From: Daphnia carinata
Lineage: Eukaryota
Direction of reading: 5' to 3'
Assembly: GCF_022539665.2 (NCBI RefSeq)
Contig: NC_081331.1
Coordinates: forward strand, 1,674,001 to 1,738,000
Length of the DNA: 64,000 nt
Shown here one piece after another: positions 52,745 through 64,000 of the stretch. The translations under genes were made by a program, and so were the position numbers. The notes beneath the pieces are model-generated. The model did no database searches. It worked only from the letters and a program-made list of their open reading frames with translations, and was not told the origin of the DNA. Each line of letters begins with the position of its first letter. Position 1 is the first letter of the stretch.

Positions 52745-55700
52745 ATGATGGCAGCCAGAGGCTCATCTATCGTCGTCCTGTTGATTGTCTTAATGGCATC
52801 GTCAACCTTCTCCCAAGAATCGTGGAGCCAAACACGAGTGAAACGAGATAAAGGTGGCCATCATCATCAGGTAGGGTGACCCTTCTCAATATCTTTCTTT
52901 TTCTCCCGAGATTACCCCCTAAAAAAAGAGGGGGGAAAACCCGAAATTTCACATCCGCAAGTGAAAAGAAAATCGACAACAGTGCGACGATTGTCAAACT
53001 AACTAACTCCACACAAAAATCTTAACTCAAAAATAATTCTTGTGCTAAAGTTGTGCATATTTTCTCCTGGATTCCGGATTGAAAATTTGAATGAATTAAT
53101 AGGGGAACCATCAGTACACGTCAATAGAAAAATGGAAGGTTTGGGGGCCGAATTTGAAAACGGACATTCCCGGTTGGTTTTGATTTGAACGTAGTCCCGA
53201 GAATTCAATTTTTGGCTTTCGTTTTGGGTGGGTGGTTTTTAAATCTTGGAACTAGGGCAATACCGTACCAAAAGGGATAATCATCAAGGCAATGGGAAAA
53301 GGAAGCCATTCCGCACACACTTTGTTAGTTCGCACTGATTATCGTGACTATTTCGTATTTCTAAACGGCCCGAAGGTGAATGCCGACTACGTCGTTCACA
53401 AATTATTCGACGTGAGTAAACAAACGGAGACTCGTATTTTCCGTCTAGCTTTTTTTTTCTTTTTCATTCATTCAAAGAACAATCTTTCAGTGAAATTGAT
53501 GGATAGTGGCGCAAAAGACAGGCGGATAGAAAAAACCAACAAAACGATAAGATAAACGAACACACGCGGGTCTGACTTTCTCCTAACCAATTAAACAATA
53601 TTCGTGTGTATAATTCCATTTTTTGTTCGTTATCTCTCTCCACGGCCGTCAGCCCCCCCGTAATTGGCAGTTTTTTTTTTTTTTTTGCTTCTCGTATTTA
53701 TCATCTGTATTCGAATGGCACCGTGAATGACCGGAGAAAACAACGCCATCTTATCAATCGAGTACGTGGGGGCAAGAGTCCAAGCGAATTCATGCGTGCG
53801 TGTCGTGCGCGTGTGTGGTATTTTATTTTAACGTTAAAATTCAAGAGTCATGCAGAAAGAAAAGAGAAAAAAACAAAAAAACAGAACAGGTTGTTTTCTT
53901 TGGGCGTGTATGATAATTGCATAACACGAACTAACTTTCGTTGGGGGGGTCCCATCGTCTTTGATGTTGTACACATACAGGAAGTAGGGCGACAGCGTCA
54001 TACAGCCACTACCGGTGATCACCGGTACAGCTCTCACGTTGTCGCTCCCGTCGTCCGGCCAACGGCGGTGATTGAAACTGAATCTGTGCGGCCCATCGCC
54101 AATAACAATCATCGCCAACAGCTCAACGGACAACCGAGCCAACGGCTTCATTACCAACACTCCCGTCATCCGACAAGAAGACCCGATCACCAACACAAGC
54201 GCATGGTTCTGCCCGCTCCACGACGGCCCTACAACGCTAACCAGTTATCTGTATTAGCCCAACTTAAGCGCTAGATTTTTCACTCAATTTTTAAGTTCTT
54301 CATCTTTCTTCCCCACTCCTCAATTGCAAAAGAGAACAGATTCTCGTCACGGGTAAACCTGTAGGAAGCACCAATCACAGTCATCTTGCCCTTCAATTAT
54401 CTTATTCTTATTATTTTATTTTTCATTGATTACCCATTTTTCTTTTTTTGGGGGGGAGGGGGGTCCTTTTTCATGCCACTGTTATTTCCTCCACTTCTTC
54501 TTGTCCCTTGTCTTCGTTTCTCCGGAGCCAAAATGATTGCCTCTTTAATGGCGAGTTCATGAGAACACCTTCGACCCCGATTTCTCCTGTTCGCTCTCTT
54601 CCTTCTTTTTTTTTCTACTCTTTTCTTTTTTTTTTTCGGTCGTGTGCGTTGCTTGCCAGCGCCCCAATCTCCATGGCTTCCCCTGAAAAGTTTACGTGTT
54701 TTCACATGTCTATATATGTCGCTCTATACGATATAGTATATATTCATATTCTAATTTATTTTATTTTTTTTTTGGTTGACATTCCAGGCCGGGACCTTTG
54801 ATCTTGTTCTACCTTCTCATCTTTTATTTTGTTTTTTTATTTTTGCCAAAAATTCTCTCATTCTCGTAACCTGTTTAAGCCTTAATGAAGGGGTTGGCAC
54901 ATCTGTGGGGTGTTATTGTAGTAGTTTGAAGTTCCTCATTTTCCTGTATGTTTTATAATAATGTCGACTGAAACTAACCTCAATCAGACGTGACACCATT
55001 TTTTTTTTCACCATTAATGCACAAAATGTGATCAAATGTAATTCGCTGTGTAAGGATAGTCATCTAACTGTTCTTTGTTCTTTTCATTTTATCTTCTGAT
55101 TGAAACAGCACGGACCGATTGGACCAACGCAACACTACGCTCCGCAACCAGCACCTCAGAGTCCAAGACCTGCTTACCTGCCGGCTATTTTACCGATTTA
55201 TCTTCGGCCATCTTCCATAATTCTTCCATCGCCTCCGACCCAGTCTTATCAGCAACCGAGCGGTTACGCTTCGGCTCCCGTTCCGCAGAGCCAGCCGTCG
55301 TATAGTCAGGCACCTCCACCGGCTCCTTACCAGCCTCCCCCACCACCTCCTCCTCCCCAACAACCTCAATACCAACAACCTCAGTACCAGCCTCCTCCAC
55401 CTCCGCCACCCGCGCCTTACCAGCCTCCTCAACCTCAGTACCAACCTCCTCCTCCACCAGCGCAACCGGCTGCTCCTCCAGCATCTTATCAATCTGCTCC
55501 CCCAGCTGTGTATAACGAAGCTCCTTTACCTGTGCCTTTGTACGCTCGTCAACCTCAACAGAATGCTGCCCCAGAATCTTACAATCAGCCACCGCAACAG
55601 GAAAGCACTACGGCCGCTTCGTACGAAGCCATTCAACAACAGGAGCCCGAACAGTCTGTCCAATCGGGCAGTTACGCAAATTCGGAACCGGTCACCGTCC

Positions 55701-58047
55701 CGCCTATTGTTGAGGAATCAGCTAGCTACAGCACACATGCCCCAGTAGCCGACCAGGACATCCAGACGAATTCCATCGGCGCATTGCCAGTTCCTCCACC
55801 ACCTGGCGGAGTTGCTACTACCGCTGTCGCTGCTGTTGATGATGGCAAAAAGGAGGAAGCATCTCAATGGTCTGAAGGCTCCATCCCATGGCAATTGGAG
55901 AAACTCGGACTCAATACGTTGAACGATCTTCTCGTCCTATCCGGTTTGGATGAGATGTTTGACAAAGAAGGTGAGAACTCGTGAACGTCGCGCCAACGGT
56001 CCTTTTATTGTTTAGGCAGAAAATCACAAGCCGGATTCGTGTATTGTATTTATGCAAATTCGAATGCCCTGTTTGTTTCCTACTTCAGCTATCAGACAGG
56101 TTTTTTTGGTTTTGTTTTACTGGGTAAGGGCAGAGCAAACGTCTGGCCAAGAAATCAAATGAAAAGGGAAAATGTGACCCGCTTTTCCTTTTTTAGGCTC
56201 TCTCTGTTTCTCCCTTTCTTTTTTTTATCGCTGTTCAGCAATAATCAAAACAACAAATATGGACAAAAGAGATCGAAGAGACGTAGACAATTAGATATCT
56301 CATCAATTATTATTTTTTTGTTCCTTTTTGCTGCGCAGGACCTTTTACCGTCTTCGTACCAGTCGACCAGGCCTTCGAAATCCTCATCCAGAAATTCGGC
56401 GGCATGGAAAAGGCCAGTGAAGAGTTCAACAAAAACCCCGACGTCCTTAATTCGGTAAGTTTATTTTCAAGAAATTTCATAGACTGTGGCTGTGTCGATG
56501 TCATCCGATACTCGACTAACAAAAAACGAAGAAGCAAATGAAGTTAGAGCCTGTCAGAAGGCAGATGGTAGTTGCCCCTAATCCGACAAGTAGATCGCTA
56601 ATGTGTTATTCGACATGATTACAGTCTCGTCAGAAACCACGGGAAAAACAACAACAAACAAACCCAAAAAATAAAGAGCCCGTGACGGCTGGCCCAGTCA
56701 CGGCTTCACACTGAAGGGCCATATATTTTTCACTGAAAAAAAAAAAAAATTGTGTTTTGGCAATTGTCCAATAGAGAAAGTCTTTGATTTAGCAGAAAAG
56801 AAAAGCCAAGCAGACAGACGTGTACTAATGGAAGACCAACACACATAGCTATTTTTGGGAAAAATCCAAAAATGTTAAGGGCCGCGGTGGCGGTTTCAAC
56901 CAAATGTGTTCCCTTTTTTTTTTTTGTTCCTCTTCCTCTTCGTTTTCTACTGTGTACAGGTATGCGACTGGGCGCGGGCTCAGCAGCTCCAAGGCATCGC
57001 TGCTTCGTAGCCCTTACCAACTATATCTCTACACTCTGCTTCTCTTGTTTGTTATTTTTTTTTCTTCTTTTTCCTTCTCTCTTCAACGGAGAGAAAACGA
57101 ATTCTTCCTTTTCTCTTATTGAACCGGTCGTCTTGAATGATGGCCGGCCCTGTTCTTCAGACTTACACACACACACACACACACACGCACAGGTGAAACG
57201 GGGCCCCCTTTCCAAGCCCACTGGGCAAATGCAGCAACTTTCACCGGGCGTCTTACACGCACGAGAGCCTCGCGCGCCACTCTTTTTTTTTTCTTTCTTT
57301 TTTTGGCTGTTGAAAATGTAGACGACAGCAACTGTGTACCTGTTTCATGTCGGCCAGGAATGCTGCTATAAAGCTTCTTACCGCAGAATGGGAAAAAAGG
57401 ACTTTTAAAAATTGGCACGCAAGACGTTACTAGACAACACACTTCTTTTGCGGTTTTCTATTGCCCTTCTTTCTCCTTTCTATGTTCCTGTCAGTTTCAA
57501 TCCCATCAGTGTGTTGCCTTCTCTTCCAAAAAACTAAAATTTGTTTTTTGGTGTTTTTGCTTTTGATTTCTGACAGCTGTTGAAGCACCACGTTGTGGCC
57601 GGCTCCGTCTCTTCTTCCTCTCTGCAAAACAACGGCGTCATGCAAAGCCTTCTCACCACTCCGCTCCGAGTCAAATTCTACGAATCAGAAGACAACGAAT
57701 GGAGACCATTAAAGGTAAATACTGAGGTACACCATATTGTTTTGCTTGGATTTTTTTTTCTTCTCAAAGTCCACGTTCCTTAATTTGCGGTCTCGTTCGT
57801 TCAACTCTACCAGTTTTTATTCATTCCCACCGCATTGACTAAAAGACATCAACGAAAAAAAACAAAAAACTTTCACCTTTTTATTCATGGAAGACGGTTA
57901 TAGAGGCCCTCATTGCCAAATAAAAAAATTATTATTAAAAACAACATCTAAAATAATCAAGAAAATTAAACAGAAGGCAGCAGGTGGTCATTCCCATTGC
58001 TGTAGTGACCCGTTGGCTTTTTATTTAATAAAACAGTCTCCGTGTCG

Positions 58048-58089
<42 letters not shown>

Positions 58090-59187
58090 GCTGTCCTATC
58101 TATTCCTTTTGTATATGTTACAAACATGTCGAAAGGAGACCGTAGTGGGCTGCATCGACTGTGTGAAAGTTACTTAATTCCTTGTCTTTCTTTTTTTCTT
58201 TCTTTCTCTCATTCTCTGCAAGCCTTTGATGGAATTGCCTAACAATTCTATCCTTCCCACCCGTAATGTGTTATGAAAGAACGTGGGCAGGGGATTAAGA
58301 GGGCGCATACAGATTGGCCGTTCAAGAGAGAAAGTCAGATGACACGGCTCTTTTTTTTTTCCTAATTTTCTCTTTGTTCATTTCTTTATTTTTTTAAATG
58401 TGGTAATCCGACAGGTGATCACGGTGAACGGTGCTCGTGTTGTCAAACCCGATATTCAAGCCACCAACGGCGTTATTCATATCGTCGATCGAGTCCTCTT
58501 CCCCGTGCCGCAGGCGGACATCTACAACACCCTCAAGAACGATCCCGCTCAGCGATACACTACGTTGATTTCCGCGATCGATAAAGCGGGACTAACGACT
58601 GTTCTGGCTAATCCCACGGGTAAGTTCTCTGTCCAATTTTTCAAACATATTTTCCCACAAAACGAAGTGTTAATGAAAATCAAAGTACCGCAACGAGGAA
58701 AGTGAATTTACTAAACATGAACATTTTTTAAAAAAATCATTTCACCACACACAGGTGGACCTTACACGGTGTTCGCGCCAACCAATAAGGCTTTCTCGTT
58801 GATATCTCGTTCCGAGCTGAACGCAATCCTGAACGATCCGGCTAAATTGACCAAGCTGCTGCAACGTCACGTCGTCCAAGATTTGATCTACACATCCGGT
58901 CTGCAAGGCTTTCAGAAAGCCTACGCCCTGGATTTCGAAATCCTTTACATCTACCACGCCAAGGGTAAGTTAAACAAGATTCACCTTTCTTAATAAGACA
59001 AGATTTTTTTTTTTCACTTTCACTTGTACCAATAGCATTAAGAAATGTTTGCTTCATGTTGATCATTGTGACACCTTTTGATATTCCAGGTATGACTAAG
59101 GTCAACGGAGCTAACGTCATCGATCAGGACAACACAACATTGAACGGTGTCATCCATACCATCGATTCAGTTTTGGGTCTTTATTGA
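52745..59187 (+). CDS. Secreted fasciclin (2x FAS1) domain protein with a His/Arg-rich and Pro/Gln/Tyr-rich N-terminal extension (TGFBI/periostin/midline-fasciclin-like)
   Basis: Coding exons 52745-52870, 53981-54250, 55109-55970, 56339-56454, 57577-57714, 58415-58619, 58755-58964 and 59090-59187, all in phase. Signal peptide MMAARGSSIVVLLIVLMASSTFS followed by RVKR. FAS1 H1/H2 motifs GPFTVFVPVDQAF / NGVIHIVDRVL and GPYTVFAPTNKAF / NGVIHTIDSVL. A probable 5' UTR intron lies at 52533-52646. Confidence 0.88.
55300..55470 (+). repeat. Coding tandem repeat (APYQPPPP / QPQYQPPPP units)
   Basis: Repeated ccttaccagcctcc and caacctcagtacca segments encode QAPPPAPYQPPPPPPPPQQPQYQQPQYQPPPPPPPAPYQPPQPQYQPPPPP. 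Confidence 0.85.
57165..57186. repeat. (AC)11 microsatellite, intronic
   Basis: Read directly from the sequence. Confidence 0.9.
58051..58083. repeat. (CT)16 microsatellite, intronic
   Basis: Read directly from the sequence. Confidence 0.9.
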
Positions 59188-60847
59188 TTTTGAGGGTCCG
59201 GCTGAGCCGCCTCTAGTCACAGCCCACAACTTCATCGACTACTTAGGAAACAAAAGACGAAACGCAACACATAGTAGCTCTATAGAGATACCCTTTTTTT
59301 TCAGTCTCAGCCTTTATCTAAAAATTAAATATATTTCTTCGGCTTTCTTCCTTCTTTCATTCCTCTCTTTTCTTTTCACTTCTTCGTTCTTACGATGAAG
59401 AAGTTTCCTATGGTCATGTAAAACCATTCGACCCGCAAAACATTCGCCAGTAAAATGAGTGAATGAAAGTTCTCCAAAAGACTGCGGACTTGCTTCGTCC
59501 AGTCTTTGAAACATTTGTCCATATTGTTATTCGTCCAGGTGGATCACATGTTAATTTCTTCTTTTTTTTTCTCATTTGTTTTGTGTGTGTTTTCTTCTCT
59601 GATCCACCTAAGCCATTTTTATATATCTCCCAATCGTCATTTGCTACGTACCCCCGAAAGAATGTTACTAATTGCCAAGCGATTGGCGAGATATTACGTC
59701 CCTCTCTCCTTAAAATAACCATAATACTATTATGCATGTATTCATTTCTCATAAAACACACAGTGAGTATTATGAATGAAAAAAAAAAATTTAATAAAAA
59801 AAGAAAATAAATTGACGTGCTCAATGGCCAGTCTGTTGGCAGTGTGCACCATTCGCGAGACATGTCGACCGTTTATGTGCGCACGCAGCTGAGGGACAAT
59901 AAACGTGGTTTAACTTTTGATAAACGTGTACATTTATCTCAATGAAAGGCACTTTGATTCTCAATGTTTTCTTCGTGATAAATCAACTAGCCTTGCAAAA
60001 AAAAAGCAAATGAAAATATGAAATAAGTAAAGCATTCATACTTGTTTTACCTGATTGTCAGGGAAAGGCATTGCGCATTAGTAAATTCATTTTAAATTGG
60101 CTTGTCCAGTAACAAAAACAAACATACCGGTTGCAAAAGAAAAGCAAAACACGCAAATTTAGAGAGAAAGTATCGAGCAATACCAAAGCGTATAAGTGCA
60201 GAAAGACTTGATGTTACATGAAAGTTTCGTCGGCCCTGTTGGTGCAATAATTTTAACCGGTACCCATTTTCGGAGTCGAACACAGACTAACCCACTTTTA
60301 GCCAGAATGTTTGGTACACTAACGTTTGTACCAACAAGGACGTTACAATAACGGTATGGTACATCGTTAAAATAATTTGGTACTTTAAAGCGGACTATGT
60401 GTAACAATTGAAATGGTTTCCTTATCGATGTACACTCGGACATTAGTGAACCTATAATAATCTAACAGGGAGCGACTAAGTATACTCCGGAACTCAAGCG
60501 AAACTTTCGTGAGCAGTTTATTAACTTTTTGGACACGGAATATGATATAAATAGGAACACTGTATTATGTCGACCACCCACATGTAGAACCTCCCCACAA
60601 TATATGGCATCTATAACACAATAGTATTAACACAAAATTGGCCAAAGAAAACAAGAGGCAATTTTCACAAAATGATTGCGATTTCACGTATTATGGATTT
60701 TGAGATCAGGCTCGTCACTTTCCTTCCCCTTGATAGGAGAAAGATAATTTGATCACTCAGAGCCCTAAAAAGAAACCAAACAAATCCGCAACACAATCGA
60801 AATCATTCCACATGTGGGGGTAGAGACCAACTAGTGATTGGTATCGT

Positions 60848-63551
60848 TTAACTGGGTTCGCGACTTTCAGATAAGACGTTTAAAACTTGCTCGAATTTCG
60901 CGTAGCGTTGATGGCTATCAGCTACCACGCCCCGACTGCCCCACAGGAATTTCAGTTGAAACTCGGTGCGGAAGACATCTGTCAAGATCTCGTCGATAGT
61001 GGCGCTCTCCAAAACTTTTCTGCTGTTGCGCAGGTAGAGTGGCAGGTTGCGTGACCAAGATTGAATCAATTCCATGTGACTTGCCAACAGATCCAATCCG
61101 AAATCAGGACCTGTCGAAGGCAGATGGACATTGAGCAGAGGCAACGTCGCTCCATCGTCAAGCGTGAAAGACTCCATCGTAGCCGTCCACAGCAAAATGG
61201 CAGAATGTAAATCGGGAATGGTGGTATTGGGTGCATGAGCAACGACCTCAGTTCGATGAGGGGGCCTCAAACGGGTTTCGAACGTGCAAGCCGCCGACGT
61301 ATGCCGCTGCCTCAATAAATTCCACGTCGCTGTCAAACGTTGAACCTGCAAAATTTAGGTCAGAAGTTAAACAAACCGGCCTTCAACGTTAATTCCGAAT
61401 GAAAAATATATAACTTACCTGAGGCATGCAAAGGCCGAACATTAAGCCAGTGAAACCGTACATGTTTCCCAGTGCTGTTTTGGTCTCGATGGCGACTTCA
61501 ATCCATAAATTTAACATTGCCGTGCGGTCCTCGACTGTTGGGCACGTGAGAATCGTCACAGCCACGAATAATCTCAAGCAATGTGACCTGCAATAATGTA
61601 CACACAATTTAAAGTTGTTGAATCTTTTGGCTTTTTACGCGTATTACCTTTCTAAGAGATCGAGACGTAACTGTTGGCCGTTGGGTAACACGCAGAGTTC
61701 GATGCCGGATGTGATACCACGATCAACGTAGTGACTCTGATAGTGAAACAGCGTATGATCTAAAAGCGGCTCGGGCAAACCTCCCAGGACATCAAGATCG
61801 CCTGCGTGAAATCCAATCGTAATAAAGTCAAGAAATTTAGTTACTTAAATTTGTTATTTGTTTCTACCGTGTAACAGATGTAAAGCGATCGATTTGGAAG
61901 AGTGCGAGTCTAACACCGCGGATAGTCCCTCTAAGGAACTCACTTCTAGCGGCTTGTTCTCCATAGTCGGTAACAAGAGTGTCTGCAAGGTGAATGGAAA
62001 GTTCGTTGTTATTTTTTTTTATCTAATCAGAAATAATAACATCAAAAACTGTTATCAATCAAGAATATTACTTGAAAGTTCACAACGTCGAATAACGATG
62101 GGAATTGGCGATGCAGTGATGATGGATGCCCTTCATTGACGATTGATTGATTGTCTTCGTTGCTCGTCAGGTGCGGTTGGTTGAACGTGGCTTCGGCATC
62201 CAAATCGCAACTCCGTCGATCCAGGAAAGAATTTCGGGTGACGGATATGGGCCGGTTTGGGAATTTACCGGGTCGTCTCAAACGCGGTAACGTAGCCGGA
62301 AGCTGTGGCAGTACGTCCTCTGCTTCATTATTTTCGTCAACATCCAGCGCAATGCTTTCTTTAATCTGGTTGAGAGAAACAGGCTCGTCTGGAACAACTT
62401 GTTCTTGTTGGTAGATTTGTGACGGCACTCGACGGGGTTTTGGAGGACATCCAAGTGACGCCCCTTCTGCCGACAGTGAAGGATCGCTTGGTCTCCGCCT
62501 CATCATCACTCGATTGGAAGCAGACGGTGTAGATCGAGGCAATGATTGCGTCGAGTACTCCCGGGCCGTCGGGTGCACCATCCGCACTCTGCCTGTCACC
62601 GCCGGTAGAGAGTTCCTACCCGAATACAAGCCAGCGCCACCGGATAGACTCGCGCTGGTCGATGATGGATGATACGATCGCGAGGCAACACCGTACTGAC
62701 TAGAGTACAACGAAAGTGGTTTCGTTCGGTTAATGGGTGTTGTTATTTTGGCGCCCGTGGCCGCCGTGACGGCCTTGCCGCTGCTGACGTAACACGTCAC
62801 CAAATCTGAAATCGTTTCGAACGGCTCGTCTTCCAATCTGTACTGGATCGATTCGTAAACCGTATTGGGTTGAATGGTCACCTGTTGATAGAACGAATGG
62901 ATATCAGTAAGCAGAGATGGACAATAAGTTCCAATGGCATTTTTCGAACGAAGGCTACTGCTTCTGCTCCATTCTTTTCATGACAGTTGGCTTACCTTGG
63001 AAATGATAAAATGGCGATGCGATCCTCTACAGACGGTGGAGAGGACAAGGTCGCCCGGTTGACCTGTCGAAGAATCTCGAATGAGGAATTCGCCATCGTT
63101 TTTTAACAACGTTTCTGCGTGGCTGCGAGGAATCGATCCGTGGTACCTAAATGGCAACAATGGCAGGGGAGAAGAGGGGAAGGAAAAGTTGAAATGGATC
63201 GAGATCCGTCGGATCGATCAATGACAGTTGTACGCTGTTGTTGTATGTTTATACCAAGCGTGTGAGTCGAGATAGCGCCCATCCAGACTGAGTTCCCATT
63301 CCAGCTGACGACGAAGGCTTTCAGCTTCCGTCAAATCTGTTCCGACGATGTTGTCGTAATCTTGCTGTCGATTGGATTGCAATAAAAAACGCGATGAGTG
63401 AACGAAAACTGAAGCAGACAGAGGCAAGTGTTGGCTGTTGTTTCAAGCAAAGAATAAAAAACTTACCATCCGTGAGATGTTGAGAACGCTGGCGCTGTGC
63501 TGTTGCTGCAGACCCTTGTTGTGCGCCGACTGCGCAAATTCCGAACGCGAC
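60848..63551 (-). CDS. BCAR3: BCAR3/SH2D3C (NSP family) adaptor: SH2 domain plus C-terminal Cdc25/RasGEF-like domain; 5' end probably outside the window
   Basis: Exons 63551-63467, 63364-63255, 63146-62996, 62881-62072, 61982-61868, 61801-61648, 61587-61419 and 61345-60848. SH2: SHAWYHGSIPRSHAETLLKNDGEFLIRDS. NSP signatures ENKPLE, SGIELCVLPNGQQLRLDLLER, LGNMYGF, PQVQRLTATW and FRTEFQLKFLWGSRG...RYAKFEQVLNVLS. Confidence 0.9.
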
Positions 63552-64000
63552 CTGCGCGGACATCAAAAAATATTTCAAGCGAGGGTGGAAAAATCAGCTG
63601 AGTCGCTTGGATTCAGAAAGGCGATCGTTCTCCGACTGACGCGCTGGACAGCTCGGAATTCAATGACTAATTCACCGGGTCACCGACGCATTCAGAGAAA
63701 GAAAAAAAAAACGGCTCAAACAAACCCAAACAAAAGCTACGAGGAAAAAAGACCCAAGGCTATTTTGAAATAACGCTATTGATATCCTCCCTCGTCGGAG
63801 CTCAAACGATTGGCCTGTCTGGTGATTTTCAAAGATACTGGGATACTGTATCAGGGATTTTGGAAAACTATACGTTGCTCTGACATCCTTCTCGCTTCTC
63901 CATTGATACCATCAACGGTTGGAGGGGGAGGGTGAGGGCCGAATAAGCCCGATATTGATTTTCATCTCCCTCCGCCGCCAACTCTTGTATCCTATTCCTC

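Noticed and set aside
55185..55592. Glu/Val-rich and Arg/Leu/Trp-rich antisense ORFs
   Set aside because: Reverse-complement shadows of the Pro/Gln coding repeat.

Overview
Eukaryotic, intron-rich animal genomic DNA. The many 50-100 nt GT-AG introns, poly-A/T-rich spacers and gene set suggest a crustacean such as Daphnia (inference, not a database result). Gene models rebuilt by hand from splice sites: the 3' end of an unidentified PPxY-containing gene (+, 465-974); B9D1 (-, 2288-3061) with an RFX X-box; zinc transporter ZIP7/Catsup (-, 3749-5164); zeta-crystallin-type quinone oxidoreductase (+, 7334-9273); laminin gamma-1/LanB2 (+, 10518-25137, 14 exons); a CYP4-family P450 (+, 26652-29121, 12 exons); a secreted protein with a Pro/Gln/Tyr-rich region and two FAS1 domains (+, 52745-59187); and a BCAR3/NSP-family SH2 plus RasGEF-like adaptor (-, 60848 to at least 63551). 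Three things these genes do not explain: (1) a phase-consistent multi-exon orphan gene nested antisense in laminin intron 6; (2) a ~2.3 kb array with inverted-symmetry centres every ~167 bp, organised as a ~665-670 bp higher-order repeat; (3) a ~19 kb stretch with no recognisable gene. No prokaryotic features, CRISPR arrays, tRNA or rRNA were recognised. Most of the supplied short ORFs are noise.
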